Origin: a bacterium
GTDB taxonomy: Bacteria > Patescibacteriota > Minisyncoccia > Moranbacterales > GWC2-37-73
Direction of reading: 5' to 3'
Assembly: GCA_003251635.1 (NCBI GenBank)
Contig: QKEW01000013.1
Coordinates: forward strand, 2,023-66,022
DNA: 64,000 nucleotides
The notes beneath the pieces were generated by a model. The model did no database searches. It was not told where the DNA came from and saw only the letters and a list, made by a program, of their open reading frames with translations. Of the stretch, positions 37,241 through 50,225 are shown one piece after another (within the stretch, counting starts at the first letter, position 1; the number at the start of each line of letters is the position of its first letter). A program made the position numbers and the translations under genes.

Positions 37241-38539
37241 ATGAAAAGCAGATTTAAAAACAAAAAGCAATTTATCTTGGCAATTTTGATGTTGCTTGTT
37301 TTGGTGTTGTCGAATTTTTCTTTTTTGTCTGCGAAAGTTCAGGCTAGCAGTGATGAAGATGAGGTCAAAGACGACATTGATGATATTTCCAAGAAAATAG
37401 AAAAGGAACAAGCTGCCAAGTCAGCTCTGGAAGCGGAATTGGCTAAAATCCAAAGCTCGGTCTATTCCACTCAAGAGCAGATCGACAAGGTTCGAGCTCT
37501 AATCAAGGAGTCGGAAGAAAACATCGCCAGAATGGAAAAAGAAGTTGATCAGATGGTGGATAAAATTGATTTGCAAAAAGAATTTTTGAAAAACTTACTT
37601 CAAGAAGTTTATTACCAGAGAAAAAGCCCAGTAGTTTCCAGTGCGGTTTTGAGCGATGATTTTAGTCAGGTTTTTGGAGTGGTTGATAGCTATCTGACTA
37701 TGGAAGAAAAAATCATGCAAATTGCTCAGCAAATTCGTGACACCAAAGAAAAAATTGAAGCTGAGCAAGAAGAAATTGCCGAAGCCAAGGAGGAGCATGA
37801 AAAAATCCTGGCGGTCAAAGTTGATCAGCAACATGAACTGTTGGCTGATCGGGCGGAGACCCAGGGGGACATTGCTGAAAAAGAAGCGTCTATCAGCGAG
37901 CTTCAGGAAAAAATGGCTGAATTGAAAGCTGATTTAAACAGAATTTTAGGCAAAAGTTACGATACTGGCGAAATCAAAGATGCGATAAAATTTGCCAATA
38001 AAAAAACGGGAGTTTCTAAGGGTTATTTATTTGGAATGCTCTCAATGGAGTCTGGTGGTAATCCGTTGGCCGGGGCTTGTACTTACAAAAATGCTGGAAT
38101 GAGCGATTCTCGTAAGGAATATTTTAAAGATATCGTGGACGAACTCAATGACGAGGGTGATAAGGATTATGATTACAAAAAGATGCCGGTTTCCTGTGCT
38201 TCAAAAAGTTATCCAGGTTCTGGTGGAGCCATGGGGGCGGCACAATTTATGTCAGATACTTGGTGGAAGCGAAAAAGTGCTATTGCTTCAACAACCGGGC
38301 ACAATCCTCCAGATCCATGGAATTTGCTTGATGGTGTGGTTGCGATGGCTTTATATCTAGAGGAATTGGGTGCAACCAATGATGGTAAGGTTAGTATAAA
38401 AAATCCTTGTACTGGAAAAAGTGTGAAAGTTGATTGGGAAATTTATGCTTCAATGCGTTATTTAGGCTGGACTTGCTATGGTTACACAAACTATGCTCCA
38501 GCTGTCCAATCTTTAGCTAAGGGATATGATAAGCTTTAG
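37241..38539 (+). CDS. Secreted coiled-coil protein with a lytic transglycosylase-like domain
   Basis: Signal peptide, long coiled coil, MES catalytic Glu, GGAMGAAQFMSDTW, DPWN. Confidence 0.8.
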   Translation: MKSRFKNKKQFILAILMLLVLVLSNFSFLSAKVQASSDEDEVKDDIDDISKKIEKEQAAKSALEAELAKIQSSVYSTQEQIDKVRALIKESEENIARMEKEVDQMVDKIDLQKEFLKNLLQEVYYQRKSPVVSSAVLSDDFSQVFGVVDSYLTMEEKIMQIAQQIRDTKEKIEAEQEEIAEAKEEHEKILAVKVDQQHELLADRAETQGDIAEKEASISELQEKMAELKADLNRILGKSYDTGEIKDAIKFANKKTGVSKGYLFGMLSMESGGNPLAGACTYKNAGMSDSRKEYFKDIVDELNDEGDKDYDYKKMPVSCASKSYPGSGGAMGAAQFMSDTWWKRKSAIASTTGHNPPDPWNLLDGVVAMALYLEELGATNDGKVSIKNPCTGKSVKVDWEIYASMRYLGWTCYGYTNYAPAVQSLAKGYDKL

Positions 38540-38547
38540 AAAAAAAT

Positions 38548-39978
38548 ATGAAAGAAAAATTCTATGTAACGACCCCCATTTACTATACTAATGGTCAGCC
38601 ACATATTGGACACGCCTATACAACTGTGGCTTGTGACGTTTTGGCTCGCTGGAATCGTTTGCAAAAAAAAGAGACTTTCTTTTTGACTGGCACTGATGAG
38701 CATGGAGCTAAGATTCAAAAAAAAGCACAAGAGGAAGGAAAGGACCCTCAAGAATTTGTTGATGAAATTGCGGAAGTTTTTGAAAATCTTTGGAAAAAAG
38801 ACAAACTCAATATCAGTAATGACTTTTTTATTAGAACCACGTCGTCTAGTCATAAGGCGGCGGTGCAAAAAGTTTTACAAACCCTTTTTGATAACGGCAG
38901 TCTATATAAGGGAACTTACAAAGGTCTTTATTGTACGGGTTGTGAACAATTTAAGAGTGAAAATGAATTGGTCGATGGCAAATGTCCAGACCATGGAACG
39001 CTGCCGGAAGAAATGGAAGAGGAGTGTTATTTGATGAAAATGAATCGTTGGCAGGATCTTTTGATTGAAAAAATTCAAGCAGATGAATTTCAGATTCGTC
39101 CGGAAAGATATAAAAAGGAAATTCTTTCTTTTTTGCAATCGCAAAAATTGGAAGACGTTTCTATCTCGCGTAAAAATTTAAGCTGGGGTATACCGCTACC
39201 TTTTGATAAAGAACACACGACCTATGTTTGGATTGATGCTTTTTTGAATTATTTGACTGGCTTGGGTTGGAATGGAGATGTGAAAAATATTCCAGCTATG
39301 TGGCCGGCCGACTTGCAAGTTATTGGAAAGGATATCTTGAGGGTCCATGCTACTATTTGGTTGGCCTTGCTTTTAAATTTGGAAATCGAATTACCAAAAA
39401 GTTTTTTTGTTCATGGGCATATTTTGTCGGGTGGCAGAAAAATGAGTAAGACTTTAGGTAATGTGATTCGGGTTGAGGACTTACTGGAAAAATTTGGTAC
39501 AGACGGAACTCGCTATTTATTGATGAGTGGGGGGACTTTCGGTGAGGATTTAGATTTGACAATGGAAAGAATGGTTGAAAAATATAATGCTGATTTAGCC
39601 AACGGTCTGGGAAACTTGGTTAGTCGAACAATAAAGCTAGTTGGATCAAATGAATTCTTGAAAACAAAGAAAATCGAAATTCCGAAAGATTTACACGGGG
39701 AACCAATAAAACTTTTCTTGAATAATTTTAATTTGCACGGAGCTTTGGAGTGCATAAATGATTTGGTAAAAGCAGCTAATAAATTTATAGAAGAAAATAA
39801 GCCTTGGGAATTAGCTAAAAATAACGTTGAAAAATTTGAAGAAGTAATGAAGAAATTAGTGATAGATTTATATGTAATTTCTGATTTGTTGATCCCATTT
39901 TTGCCAGATACGGCTGAAAAAATCAAAACTGCCCTGGAGACCAAAAAAGTTGAGCCGCTTTTTCAAAGAGTTAAATAA
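38548..39978 (+). CDS. metG: Methionyl-tRNA synthetase (short form)
   Basis: PHIGHAY, TGTDEHG, KMSKT. Confidence 0.96.
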   Translation: MKEKFYVTTPIYYTNGQPHIGHAYTTVACDVLARWNRLQKKETFFLTGTDEHGAKIQKKAQEEGKDPQEFVDEIAEVFENLWKKDKLNISNDFFIRTTSSSHKAAVQKVLQTLFDNGSLYKGTYKGLYCTGCEQFKSENELVDGKCPDHGTLPEEMEEECYLMKMNRWQDLLIEKIQADEFQIRPERYKKEILSFLQSQKLEDVSISRKNLSWGIPLPFDKEHTTYVWIDAFLNYLTGLGWNGDVKNIPAMWPADLQVIGKDILRVHATIWLALLLNLEIELPKSFFVHGHILSGGRKMSKTLGNVIRVEDLLEKFGTDGTRYLLMSGGTFGEDLDLTMERMVEKYNADLANGLGNLVSRTIKLVGSNEFLKTKKIEIPKDLHGEPIKLFLNNFNLHGALECINDLVKAANKFIEENKPWELAKNNVEKFEEVMKKLVIDLYVISDLLIPFLPDTAEKIKTALETKKVEPLFQRVK

Positions 39979-39982
39979 ATTT

Positions 39983-40816
39983 ATGCTGATTGATACTCAC
40001 GCTCATGTGAATTTTGCAGCCTACAAAGACGATTGGAAAGAAATTGTGGAAAAATGTTTGGCGTCTGACACGGGAATCATCAATGTGGGTTCGCAGCTCA
40101 GCACCAGTCGGCGAGCCTTGGATTTGGCTCAAAAATTTGAGAAGCATGTTTGGGCGGCAGTTGGAATTCACCCGGTTCATTTGAAGGCTGGTAAATTTGT
40201 GCATCATGATATTGATGAGGTGGCTGAAGTTGAATTTGAAACTCGCGGAGAAGATTTTGTTTGGGAAAATTATTTTCAGTTAGCTCAAGATGAAAAGGTG
40301 GTGGCAATCGGAGAGGTTGGTTTGGATTATCATCATTTTCAAGAGGGTAACGATATTCAGGCTCTAAAGAAAAAGCAAAAGGAAATCTTATTGGAATTTA
40401 TCAAATTAGCTAATGAAGTTCAAAAACCGGTGATGCTGCATTGCTGGGATGGCTATGATGATTTGTTGGAAATCTTGCAAAAAAATCCGGTTCTTAAAAA
40501 AGGCGTGGTCCACAGTTTCATCGGCAGTCACAAAACGGCGCGCAAGTTCATTGAATTGGGCTATAAAATTTCGCTCAATGGAATTGCAACCTATGGTGAC
40601 AGTTACAATCGTTTGATTTCGGAAATTGACTTGAAAGACATTTTATTGGAAACGGATTGTCCCTATCTGACTCCGCGACCCTTGGAACGCCAAATGCGCA
40701 ATGAGCCACTGTTTGTTAAATACGTGGCGGAAAAAATCGCCCAGGTTAAAAAAGTTTCAGTTGAAGAGGTTGAAAAAAACACTACTCAAAATGCCCGGGA
40801 AGTTTTCGGGATTTAG
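39983..40816 (+). CDS. tatD: TatD family DNase
   Basis: DTHAH, GEVGLDY, ETDCPYL. Confidence 0.92.
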   Translation: MLIDTHAHVNFAAYKDDWKEIVEKCLASDTGIINVGSQLSTSRRALDLAQKFEKHVWAAVGIHPVHLKAGKFVHHDIDEVAEVEFETRGEDFVWENYFQLAQDEKVVAIGEVGLDYHHFQEGNDIQALKKKQKEILLEFIKLANEVQKPVMLHCWDGYDDLLEILQKNPVLKKGVVHSFIGSHKTARKFIELGYKISLNGIATYGDSYNRLISEIDLKDILLETDCPYLTPRPLERQMRNEPLFVKYVAEKIAQVKKVSVEEVEKNTTQNAREVFGI

Positions 40817-40831
40817 TTAAAAAAATCCCTG

Positions 40832-40860
40832 TTGACACGTCGGGTTTTTGGCACTAAAAT
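40832..40860 (+). promoter_or_regulatory. atp operon promoter
   Basis: TTGACA-17-TAAAAT. Confidence 0.7.
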
Positions 40861-40890
40861 AGTAGGTGGTTCTTGATTGAAAGTCTGATT

Positions 40891-41175
40891 ATGAATGATG
40901 ACAAAAGAAGTTTGAGGCAAATAGTGTTAGGCATGGCTGCCTATACCAGCGCTTCCATCTTGGGACCGCTGATTATTTTTGGCGGATTTGGCTACTTCCT
41001 AGACAAGGTATTTAATTGCTATCCTCTTTGGACATTGATTTGTTTGGCAACGGCTTTTGTTTTCACCAACATTTTGCTTTTTCGCAAAATCAAAAAAATC
41101 AGTGCAATCATGGAAAGTTATGGTCAGCAAGTCAAAGCTGAAAAAAATCAAGAAAATCAAACTGAAAAGAAGTAA
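40891..41175 (+). CDS. AtpZ/AtpI-family accessory protein
   Basis: GYFLDKVF motif, two TM helices, first gene of the atp operon. Confidence 0.75.
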   Translation: MNDDKRSLRQIVLGMAAYTSASILGPLIIFGGFGYFLDKVFNCYPLWTLICLATAFVFTNILLFRKIKKISAIMESYGQQVKAEKNQENQTEKK

Positions 41176-41184
41176 TAAAAATAA

Positions 41185-41946
41185 ATGGGACTCAATATTT
41201 CACTATCACCAGAAGTGCTTTTCCAAATTGGAAACTTTCCGATCACCAATTCTTTTTTGGGTGGTTTGGTTTTGAGTTTGGTGATTGTGTTGGGAGTGTG
41301 GTGGCTGAACCGAAATTTGAAAAAGGATGTGCCGGGCAAATTTCAGAATGTGGCGGAAATTTTGATCAGCGGAGCTTTTGATTTCGTGGTTTCAATTATT
41401 GGCAGCGAAAAAAAGGCTCGTCGAATTTTCCCCTTGGCTTTTACGATGTTTATTTTCATTTTGATTTCCAATTTAGCAACTTACATTCCGGGTCAAGCGG
41501 CTGTGACTTTGCATCGAGGTGAGGAAACAGTCTCAGTTTTTCGAGCGGTTATGGCAGACTATGGCATGGTTTTTGTGATGACTATGGTCACTGTGATTTT
41601 GGTTCAAATAATCGCGATTGCGGTGCACGGACCTTTTGGCTATTTGGGCAAATTTTTCAACTTCAAAAGTCCCCTGAGCTTTTTTTTGGGACTGATGGAT
41701 ATCGTGGGCGAGCTGGCTAAGATTGTTTCGTTGTCCTTTCGTTTGTTTGGAAATATTTTTGCCGGCGAAGTATTGGGAGCGGTGATGCTTTTTTTGGCTC
41801 CATTTTTTATGCCTCTACCATTTCTGTTTTTGGGACTTCTCAGTGCGGTGGTGCAGGCTTTTGTTTTTGCGGTTTTGACGGTGGTATTTGTGAAATTGGC
41901 AGCAGAAATTGAGGAGGAGGAAACCTTGGAACAGGCCAGTATTTAA
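41185..41946 (+). CDS. atpB: ATP synthase subunit a
   Basis: SLSFRLFGNIFAGE, VQAFVF. Confidence 0.95.
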   Translation: MGLNISLSPEVLFQIGNFPITNSFLGGLVLSLVIVLGVWWLNRNLKKDVPGKFQNVAEILISGAFDFVVSIIGSEKKARRIFPLAFTMFIFILISNLATYIPGQAAVTLHRGEETVSVFRAVMADYGMVFVMTMVTVILVQIIAIAVHGPFGYLGKFFNFKSPLSFFLGLMDIVGELAKIVSLSFRLFGNIFAGEVLGAVMLFLAPFFMPLPFLFLGLLSAVVQAFVFAVLTVVFVKLAAEIEEEETLEQASI

Positions 41947-41967
41947 ATAAATAATTAATTAATATAA

Positions 41968-42207
<240 letters not shown>

Positions 42208-42344
42208 AAATAGAAGATTTTGGAATTCCGACTTTTGAAAAAAGGTCGGAAACTAAAATTTTTTATCTCGGTTTTTGGTCTCTTGGATTTCAAGAGGTCA
42301 GGATAAGATAATGGAATATAATTTGTTAAAAATATTTAGAGTAT

Positions 42345-42839
42345 ATGGAACTTTTTGATGCCTTGGGTTTGAATGGAAAAATTTTGCTAGCTCAATTGAT
42401 TAATTTTGCGGTTTTGGTTTGGGTGATTTGGAAATTTGCCTATGGTCCGATTGTGAAAACTCTGAATGATCGTCAAAAGAAAATCGAAAAGGGAATTCGA
42501 AATGCAGCTGAAGCTAAAGATAAATTAGCTGAAATGGAAAAGCGCGAAAAACAGGTTTTGGACAAAGCTCGTCAGGAGGCTCAGGAAATTATCAAAAAAG
42601 CCGAGAGTGTGGCCGAGGAAAGCAAACAAGAAATTGTGCAGGTAGCTCACGAAGAAGCATCAAAAATTTTGGCTGAAGCTAAAAAGAAAATCGAGCAAGA
42701 AGGTCAGCAAATGATGAGTGAGATCAAGAAGGATTTGGCGGAGTTGGTTTTGGCAGCTACGGAAAAGGTGGTGGGTGAAAAAATGGATTTAGCTGAGGAT
42801 AAAAAAATGGTAGAGAAAATTGTCAGTGAAATAAAATAA
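42345..42839 (+). CDS. atpF: ATP synthase subunit b
   Basis: QLINFAVL, TM plus coiled coil. Confidence 0.93.
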   Translation: MELFDALGLNGKILLAQLINFAVLVWVIWKFAYGPIVKTLNDRQKKIEKGIRNAAEAKDKLAEMEKREKQVLDKARQEAQEIIKKAESVAEESKQEIVQVAHEEASKILAEAKKKIEQEGQQMMSEIKKDLAELVLAATEKVVGEKMDLAEDKKMVEKIVSEIK

Positions 42840-42844
42840 GAAAT

Positions 42845-43252
42845 ATGAAAATTTCAACCGCTGATTGGGCGCAAGTTCTATATGAAACAGTCAAAGGCAG
42901 ATCACAGGAAGAGATCGGTGAGCCGCTTTCTAATTTCGTGAAAGCTTTGGCGCGTCAAAAACAGTTGGGGAAAATTGAGAGAATTTTGGAAAAATTTTCG
43001 CAAATTTGGAATCGAGAAAACAGTGCCGTGGACTGTGAAGTGATCAGTGCTCAGAAATTGGAAGACAAAATGATTGGTAAAATTCGAAATTTTGTGGCGG
43101 AAAAATATCAAGTGGAAACAGTTAATGTGAAAAACCGAATTGAAGAGTCAATTGGCGGCGGAGTGAAAATTCAAATTGGCGATGAGATGTTGGACGAAAG
43201 TGTGAGCGGGAGATTGGGAAGATTACGGAAGGAATTGACGTACGGAGTGTAG
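42845..43252 (+). CDS. atpH: ATP synthase subunit delta
   Basis: SIGGGVKIQIGDEMLDESV; synteny. Confidence 0.85.
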   Translation: MKISTADWAQVLYETVKGRSQEEIGEPLSNFVKALARQKQLGKIERILEKFSQIWNRENSAVDCEVISAQKLEDKMIGKIRNFVAEKYQVETVNVKNRIEESIGGGVKIQIGDEMLDESVSGRLGRLRKELTYGV

Positions 43253-43352
43253 CGTAGAAAGTGAAACTTAAGATTGGAAATATTTATAATTTAATAGAAT
43301 TAATTCAAAAAGCTGAGGCTGAGAAGCTAAGAGGCTATAAGCTAGAAGCTAA
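43238..43352. repeat. Degenerate short-period arrays at the atpH/atpA junction
   Basis: CGTACGGAGTGTAGCGTAGAAAGTGAAA, then AGCTGAGGCTGAGAAGCTAAGAGGCTATAAGCTAGAAGCT. Confidence 0.55.
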
Positions 43353-43360
43353 ACAATTTT

Positions 43361-44860
43361 ATGGACAAAAGTTACATCATTGAACAATTGAAATCACAAA
43401 TTGAAGGATTTAAGAGCGCTGCTAAGACTGAGAAAGTTGGCAAGGTTTTGGAAGTGGGTGACGGCGTAGCCAAAGTCAGCGGGCTTTCCGAGGTGATGTC
43501 CAGCGAGTTGGTGGAATTTGAATCCGGCGTGGTTGGAGTGGCGCTGAACTTGGAAGCGGATGAAGTCGGAGTGATGATAATGGGTGACTACACTAAGATT
43601 AAAGAAGGTGAAACAGTCAAATCCAGCGGCAAGATTTTGTCGATCCCGGTTTCTGACAAAATGATTGGGCGAGTTATTGATCCATTGGGTCAAACAATTG
43701 ATGGTAAGGAAGAAATCAAGGCAGAAAAATTTTATCCGGTGGAAAAAATCGCGCCAGGCGTGATGACTCGAAAATCAGTTCATCAGCCGGTGCAAACCGG
43801 AATCAAAGCCATTGATGCTATGATCCCGATTGGTCGCGGACAACGCGAATTGATTATTGGTGATCGTCAGACCGGAAAAACGGCCATTGCTATCGACACC
43901 ATTATTAATCAAAAAGGTCAAAATATGAAATGTGTCTATGTAGCCATTGGACAAAAGGAAAGTAAGATCGCTCGCATTGTGGCTGAATTGGAAAAAGCCG
44001 GAGCTATGGAATATACAACTGTAGTGGTGGCTGGAGCCAGTGATCCAGCCGCCCTTTCCTTTATCGCACCTTACAGTGGTTGCGCCTTGGCGGAATATTT
44101 CATGGACAAAGGTGAAGATGTTTTGGTGGTTTATGATGATCTCTCTCGCCATGCCTGGGCTTACCGTCAAGTGTCTTTGATTTTGCGTCGTCCACCGGGA
44201 CGTGAAGCTTATCCGGGAGATGTTTTTTATTTGCACTCACGTCTTTTGGAAAGAAGCGCCAAGCTCAATGAAGATTTTGGCGGGGGATCAATCACGGCGT
44301 TGCCGATTATTGAAACTCAAGCTGGAGATGTTTCAGCCTACATTCCAACAAACGTGATTTCAATCACGGATGGTCAAATTTATTTGGAAAGTGATTTGTT
44401 CTACAAAGGTGTGCGACCAGCGGTAAATGTTGGTTTGTCAGTTTCTCGAGTGGGTGGTAGTGCACAGATCAAGGCTATGAAAAAAGTAGCTGGAAAGTTG
44501 CGTTTGGATTTGGCGCAGTTTCGAGAATTGGAAGCTTTCGCACAATTCGGCAGCGACTTGGATGAAAAAACCCGAGCCCAGATTGAACGTGGAAAACGTA
44601 CGGTAGAAATTCTCAAGCAAGGACAATATGAGCCGATGGCAGTGGAAAATCAGGTAGCAATCATTTACGCTTTGACTAATGGATATTTGGATGATGTGGA
44701 AGTTGAGAAGATTAAGGCCTGGGAAATTGATTTTCATAAATTTCTCAAATCTCAAGGTAAGAATGTGATCGAAATTATTCGAGAGAAGAGGGAATTGTCT
44801 GACGAAGTTGTTGAGGCTTTGGAAAAAGGAATAAAGGAATTTAAGGAAATATATCAGTAA
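43361..44860 (+). CDS. atpA: ATP synthase subunit alpha
   Basis: [22 protein letters not shown]. Confidence 0.98.
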   Translation: MDKSYIIEQLKSQIEGFKSAAKTEKVGKVLEVGDGVAKVSGLSEVMSSELVEFESGVVGVALNLEADEVGVMIMGDYTKIKEGETVKSSGKILSIPVSDKMIGRVIDPLGQTIDGKEEIKAEKFYPVEKIAPGVMTRKSVHQPVQTGIKAIDAMIPIGRGQRELIIGDRQTGKTAIAIDTIINQKGQNMKCVYVAIGQKESKIARIVAELEKAGAMEYTTVVVAGASDPAALSFIAPYSGCALAEYFMDKGEDVLVVYDDLSRHAWAYRQVSLILRRPPGREAYPGDVFYLHSRLLERSAKLNEDFGGGSITALPIIETQAGDVSAYIPTNVISITDGQIYLESDLFYKGVRPAVNVGLSVSRVGGSAQIKAMKKVAGKLRLDLAQFRELEAFAQFGSDLDEKTRAQIERGKRTVEILKQGQYEPMAVENQVAIIYALTNGYLDDVEVEKIKAWEIDFHKFLKSQGKNVIEIIREKRELSDEVVEALEKGIKEFKEIYQ

Positions 44861-45016
44861 TAACTCACAACTCACAACTCACAACTCACAACTGACAACG
44901 GACAATTAGCAACTAACAACAAAAAACTAACAACTGGCAACAGATAACCAAAAACCAACAGAATTTTGCACAAGACGGGAATCTGGTTGTAAGTTATAAG
45001 TCGTAAGTTTTAAGTT
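44861..45016. repeat. Heptamer tandem array (14 x CAACTCA-like) plus an inverted array (4 x GTTGTAA-like)
   Basis: Strict 7-bp period at 44861-44958; opposite-orientation array at 44986-45016. Confidence 0.9.
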
Positions 45017-45023
45017 AAATTAT

Positions 45024-47427
<2,404 letters not shown>

Positions 47428-47435
47428 TTTTTTCT

Positions 47436-47864
47436 ATGAAAAACGAGAAAAAAATACAACTGAAAATAGTTTCGCCGGAAAAGGTTATTTTGGAAAAAGA
47501 AATTTACCAAGCGACTTTGCCGGTGGCGGATGGGATTGTGACTATTCTGCCTAATCATCGATCCTATATTGGAGCTTTGAAATTGGGGGAAATCATTTTG
47601 AAAAATGGATCCGAGGAGGATTATTTGGCGGTAACTGGCGGAATGGTTGAATTTAACCACAATGAGATGACAGTTTTAGTAGATGAAGCCCAACAAGCTC
47701 ATGAAATTGATCTGAAAAAAGCCGAAGAAGCTCGAAAAAGAGCGGAAGAGGTAATGAAACAAAAGCACACTCTCAGTGAAATGGAATATGCTACGGTAAC
47801 AGCTGATCTGGAAAAACAACTGCTACTCATCAAAGTCAGTCGCAGGCATATGGGTCGAAAATAG
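47436..47864 (+). CDS. atpC: ATP synthase subunit epsilon
   Basis: IVSPEK, ILPNH, C-terminal helices. Confidence 0.93.
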   Translation: MKNEKKIQLKIVSPEKVILEKEIYQATLPVADGIVTILPNHRSYIGALKLGEIILKNGSEEDYLAVTGGMVEFNHNEMTVLVDEAQQAHEIDLKKAEEARKRAEEVMKQKHTLSEMEYATVTADLEKQLLLIKVSRRHMGRK

Positions 47865-48022
47865 CTATCCCAAGCCATTTTTTTCGGTTAAAATTTGATC
47901 TCTTGCAATATTTTTCAAACAGGATTATAATTTTTGACGTGTGGAACTTTTAATTTTTTAGCTATATTTTTGGCGTCAACTTTCTACTTTTCTCAGCGCG
48001 TCAAAATTTAATAATTTCAAAG

Positions 48023-48056
48023 AAAAGCATGTAACTTTCGGGTTGCGTGTTTTTTG
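48023..48056 (+). terminator. UUCG-loop intrinsic terminator just upstream of sulP
   Basis: GCATGTAACT-TTCG-GGTTGCGTGT followed by a T-tract. Confidence 0.65.
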
Positions 48057-48077
48057 TTTTTTTGTTCACAAAATTAT

Positions 48078-49703
48078 ATGTCAAAAGCAATTCAAGAAAA
48101 AATTCGACAAAACTGGAAAGCTGGTTTAACTGTGTCGTTTGTTTCAATCCCGCTTTCAATATCTTTGGCGGTAGCAGCCGGAGCCACACCTTTAATGGGT
48201 GTGATCACAGCCATTTGGGCAGGGCTCATCGCTTCGTTTTTAGGTGGCAGCAATTTTAATATCTTTGGACCAACCGGAGCGCTTTCCGGAATTTTGGTGG
48301 TCTATGCGATTAAATATGGAGTTGGAATCTTGCCTTTGTTGGCGATTTTGTCGGGAATTGTAATAATTGCCATCTATCTTTTGCGCTGGGAGCGCTACAT
48401 CGTTTTTGTGCCATCCAGCGTGATTCACGGTTTTACTTTGGGTGTGGCTTTTATTATTGCTTTGGGTCAATTTAATTTTGCTTTTGGTTTGAAAAATTTG
48501 CCGTCTCATGAAAGTTTATTGGAAAATCTCAAAGAGAGTTTTATGCACCTGAACTTGATGGATTGGGGAACTTTTAGTCTTTTTGCAATCGGTTTGATTT
48601 TCTTATTTGCTTGGAAAAAGATTTTTACCAAGATTCCGGGTGTGATCGTTTTGGCTCCGGTTGGAATTTTATTGGGATTTCTTTCGCAAAAAAGCTGGAT
48701 TGGTTTGGAGTTGCAAACTTTGTTTTCAAAATTCGGAAACATTGCCGAAAATTTTTGGTCATTGCCAACTATTTCCTTTAACTTGAGTCAGGATTTGGTA
48801 ATAGGGGCTTTGGTGGTAGCTTTGGTAGCTATTTTGGAAACTTTGCTTTCAGCCAAGATTGCTGATGGAATGACCAAAACCAAACACAATACTCGCAAAG
48901 AGGTTTTGGCGGTTGGTGCGGCTAACATTACTTCTGGAGTTTTTGGGGGAATTCCGGCCACTGCCGCTTTGGCGCGAACCGCTTTGAATATTAAAAGTGG
49001 TGCTAACGATAAAATGTCAGCCACCATTAATTCGATTTTTGTGTTTTTAATTTCAGCTTTGTTGCTTTTTGTTTTCAAATATTTACCTTTGGCAGTAGTG
49101 GCTTCGATTTTGGTTTTCACAGCTGCTCAAATGGTAGAAAAAAAGCACCTGGTGCGGATTTATCGCAACGACAAGTCAGCTTTGTTTACCGCTCTCTTGG
49201 TAGCCTTGGTTACAATTGTGGAAGATCCAATGGCTGGAATTTTGTTGGGCTCAGCAGTAGCACTTTTGATTTTTGCCAACAAAATGTCACGAGCTGAAAT
49301 TGAAATAAATCTCAATGACAAGGATAAACATTTGATCAAAAGAGTCAATGCGGCTCAATTGGTGAAAGTGAAAGATGAATGTGATATTTTGGTCTATCGT
49401 TTTGCCGGGCAGCTGACCTATGTGAACATAAATTCACATCTCAATACGATTGAAAAAATCAACGGAGAAACCAAAGCAGTTATTTTGAGTTTGCGCAACT
49501 TGTTTTTCGTGGACATGGATGGAGTGGAGGCGATTGGGGAAATGATTGAGACTTTGCAAAGAAAGAATAAACAGGTTTTTCTTTCAGCGGCTAATGGCTT
49601 GATTTATGATTCTCTCAAGAAAGAAGAATGGTTTTTGAAAATGAAAAGACGCAAATTGGTTTTCGCCAGCACGCAGGAAGCCTTGACGAAGTGTTCAGTT
49701 TAG
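48078..49703 (+). CDS. SulP/SLC26 anion transporter with STAS domain
   Basis: AGLTVSFVSIPLS, GPTGA, GGIPATAALART, STAS C-terminus. Confidence 0.92.
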   Translation: MSKAIQEKIRQNWKAGLTVSFVSIPLSISLAVAAGATPLMGVITAIWAGLIASFLGGSNFNIFGPTGALSGILVVYAIKYGVGILPLLAILSGIVIIAIYLLRWERYIVFVPSSVIHGFTLGVAFIIALGQFNFAFGLKNLPSHESLLENLKESFMHLNLMDWGTFSLFAIGLIFLFAWKKIFTKIPGVIVLAPVGILLGFLSQKSWIGLELQTLFSKFGNIAENFWSLPTISFNLSQDLVIGALVVALVAILETLLSAKIADGMTKTKHNTRKEVLAVGAANITSGVFGGIPATAALARTALNIKSGANDKMSATINSIFVFLISALLLFVFKYLPLAVVASILVFTAAQMVEKKHLVRIYRNDKSALFTALLVALVTIVEDPMAGILLGSAVALLIFANKMSRAEIEINLNDKDKHLIKRVNAAQLVKVKDECDILVYRFAGQLTYVNINSHLNTIEKINGETKAVILSLRNLFFVDMDGVEAIGEMIETLQRKNKQVFLSAANGLIYDSLKKEEWFLKMKRRKLVFASTQEALTKCSV

Positions 49704-49796
49704 GTAATTTTGTTTTAAAAATCATTAAAAAAATCTTGCTATCCGGCAAGTTTTTTTTCTGTGTTATAATTAAAAAATAATTTTTTTGTAAAAAAT

Positions 49797-50204
49797 ATGA
49801 GCAAAGAAAAAATTTTAAATTGGTTAAAGGTGGTAAATTTGGCAATAATTGTTTTAATGTTGCCAATAATGCTTTTAATGTTGCCTTATTCAATTGGATC
49901 ATTTCAGTCAGAAAGCATTTTTAACCCGCTTCTTTTTGAGGTAATCGGTTACTTGGCGGCGGCAGTTTTTGGATTTTTGGCTTTGAAGAAAAGAATATTT
50001 TTAATTTTCAGTTTGATTGGCTGGGCATTGCTTGTAACCGGCAATTATGTTGATTCAAAAAAAGCTCAAGAAGACAATAATCAAGCTTGTCTCGAGCTTC
50101 GTCAAGATAAAAATTGCTTGGAAAAAGAGGGCGGCACGATGGATTGTCGAACTGGTGAACATGCCGGTATTTATTCGAGGATTTGCACTGGCTTGGGGAA
50201 ATAA
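49797..50204 (+). CDS. Hypothetical membrane protein with a Cys-rich C-terminus
   Basis: Three TM helices plus four Cys. Confidence 0.6.
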   Translation: MSKEKILNWLKVVNLAIIVLMLPIMLLMLPYSIGSFQSESIFNPLLFEVIGYLAAAVFGFLALKKRIFLIFSLIGWALLVTGNYVDSKKAQEDNNQACLELRQDKNCLEKEGGTMDCRTGEHAGIYSRICTGLGK

Positions 50205-50225
50205 TTTGCAAATAATATTTTTCTA

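Noticed and set aside
44861-44958. Repeat arrays as CRISPR
   Set aside because: Period is 7-8 bp with no unique spacers and no cas genes in the window.
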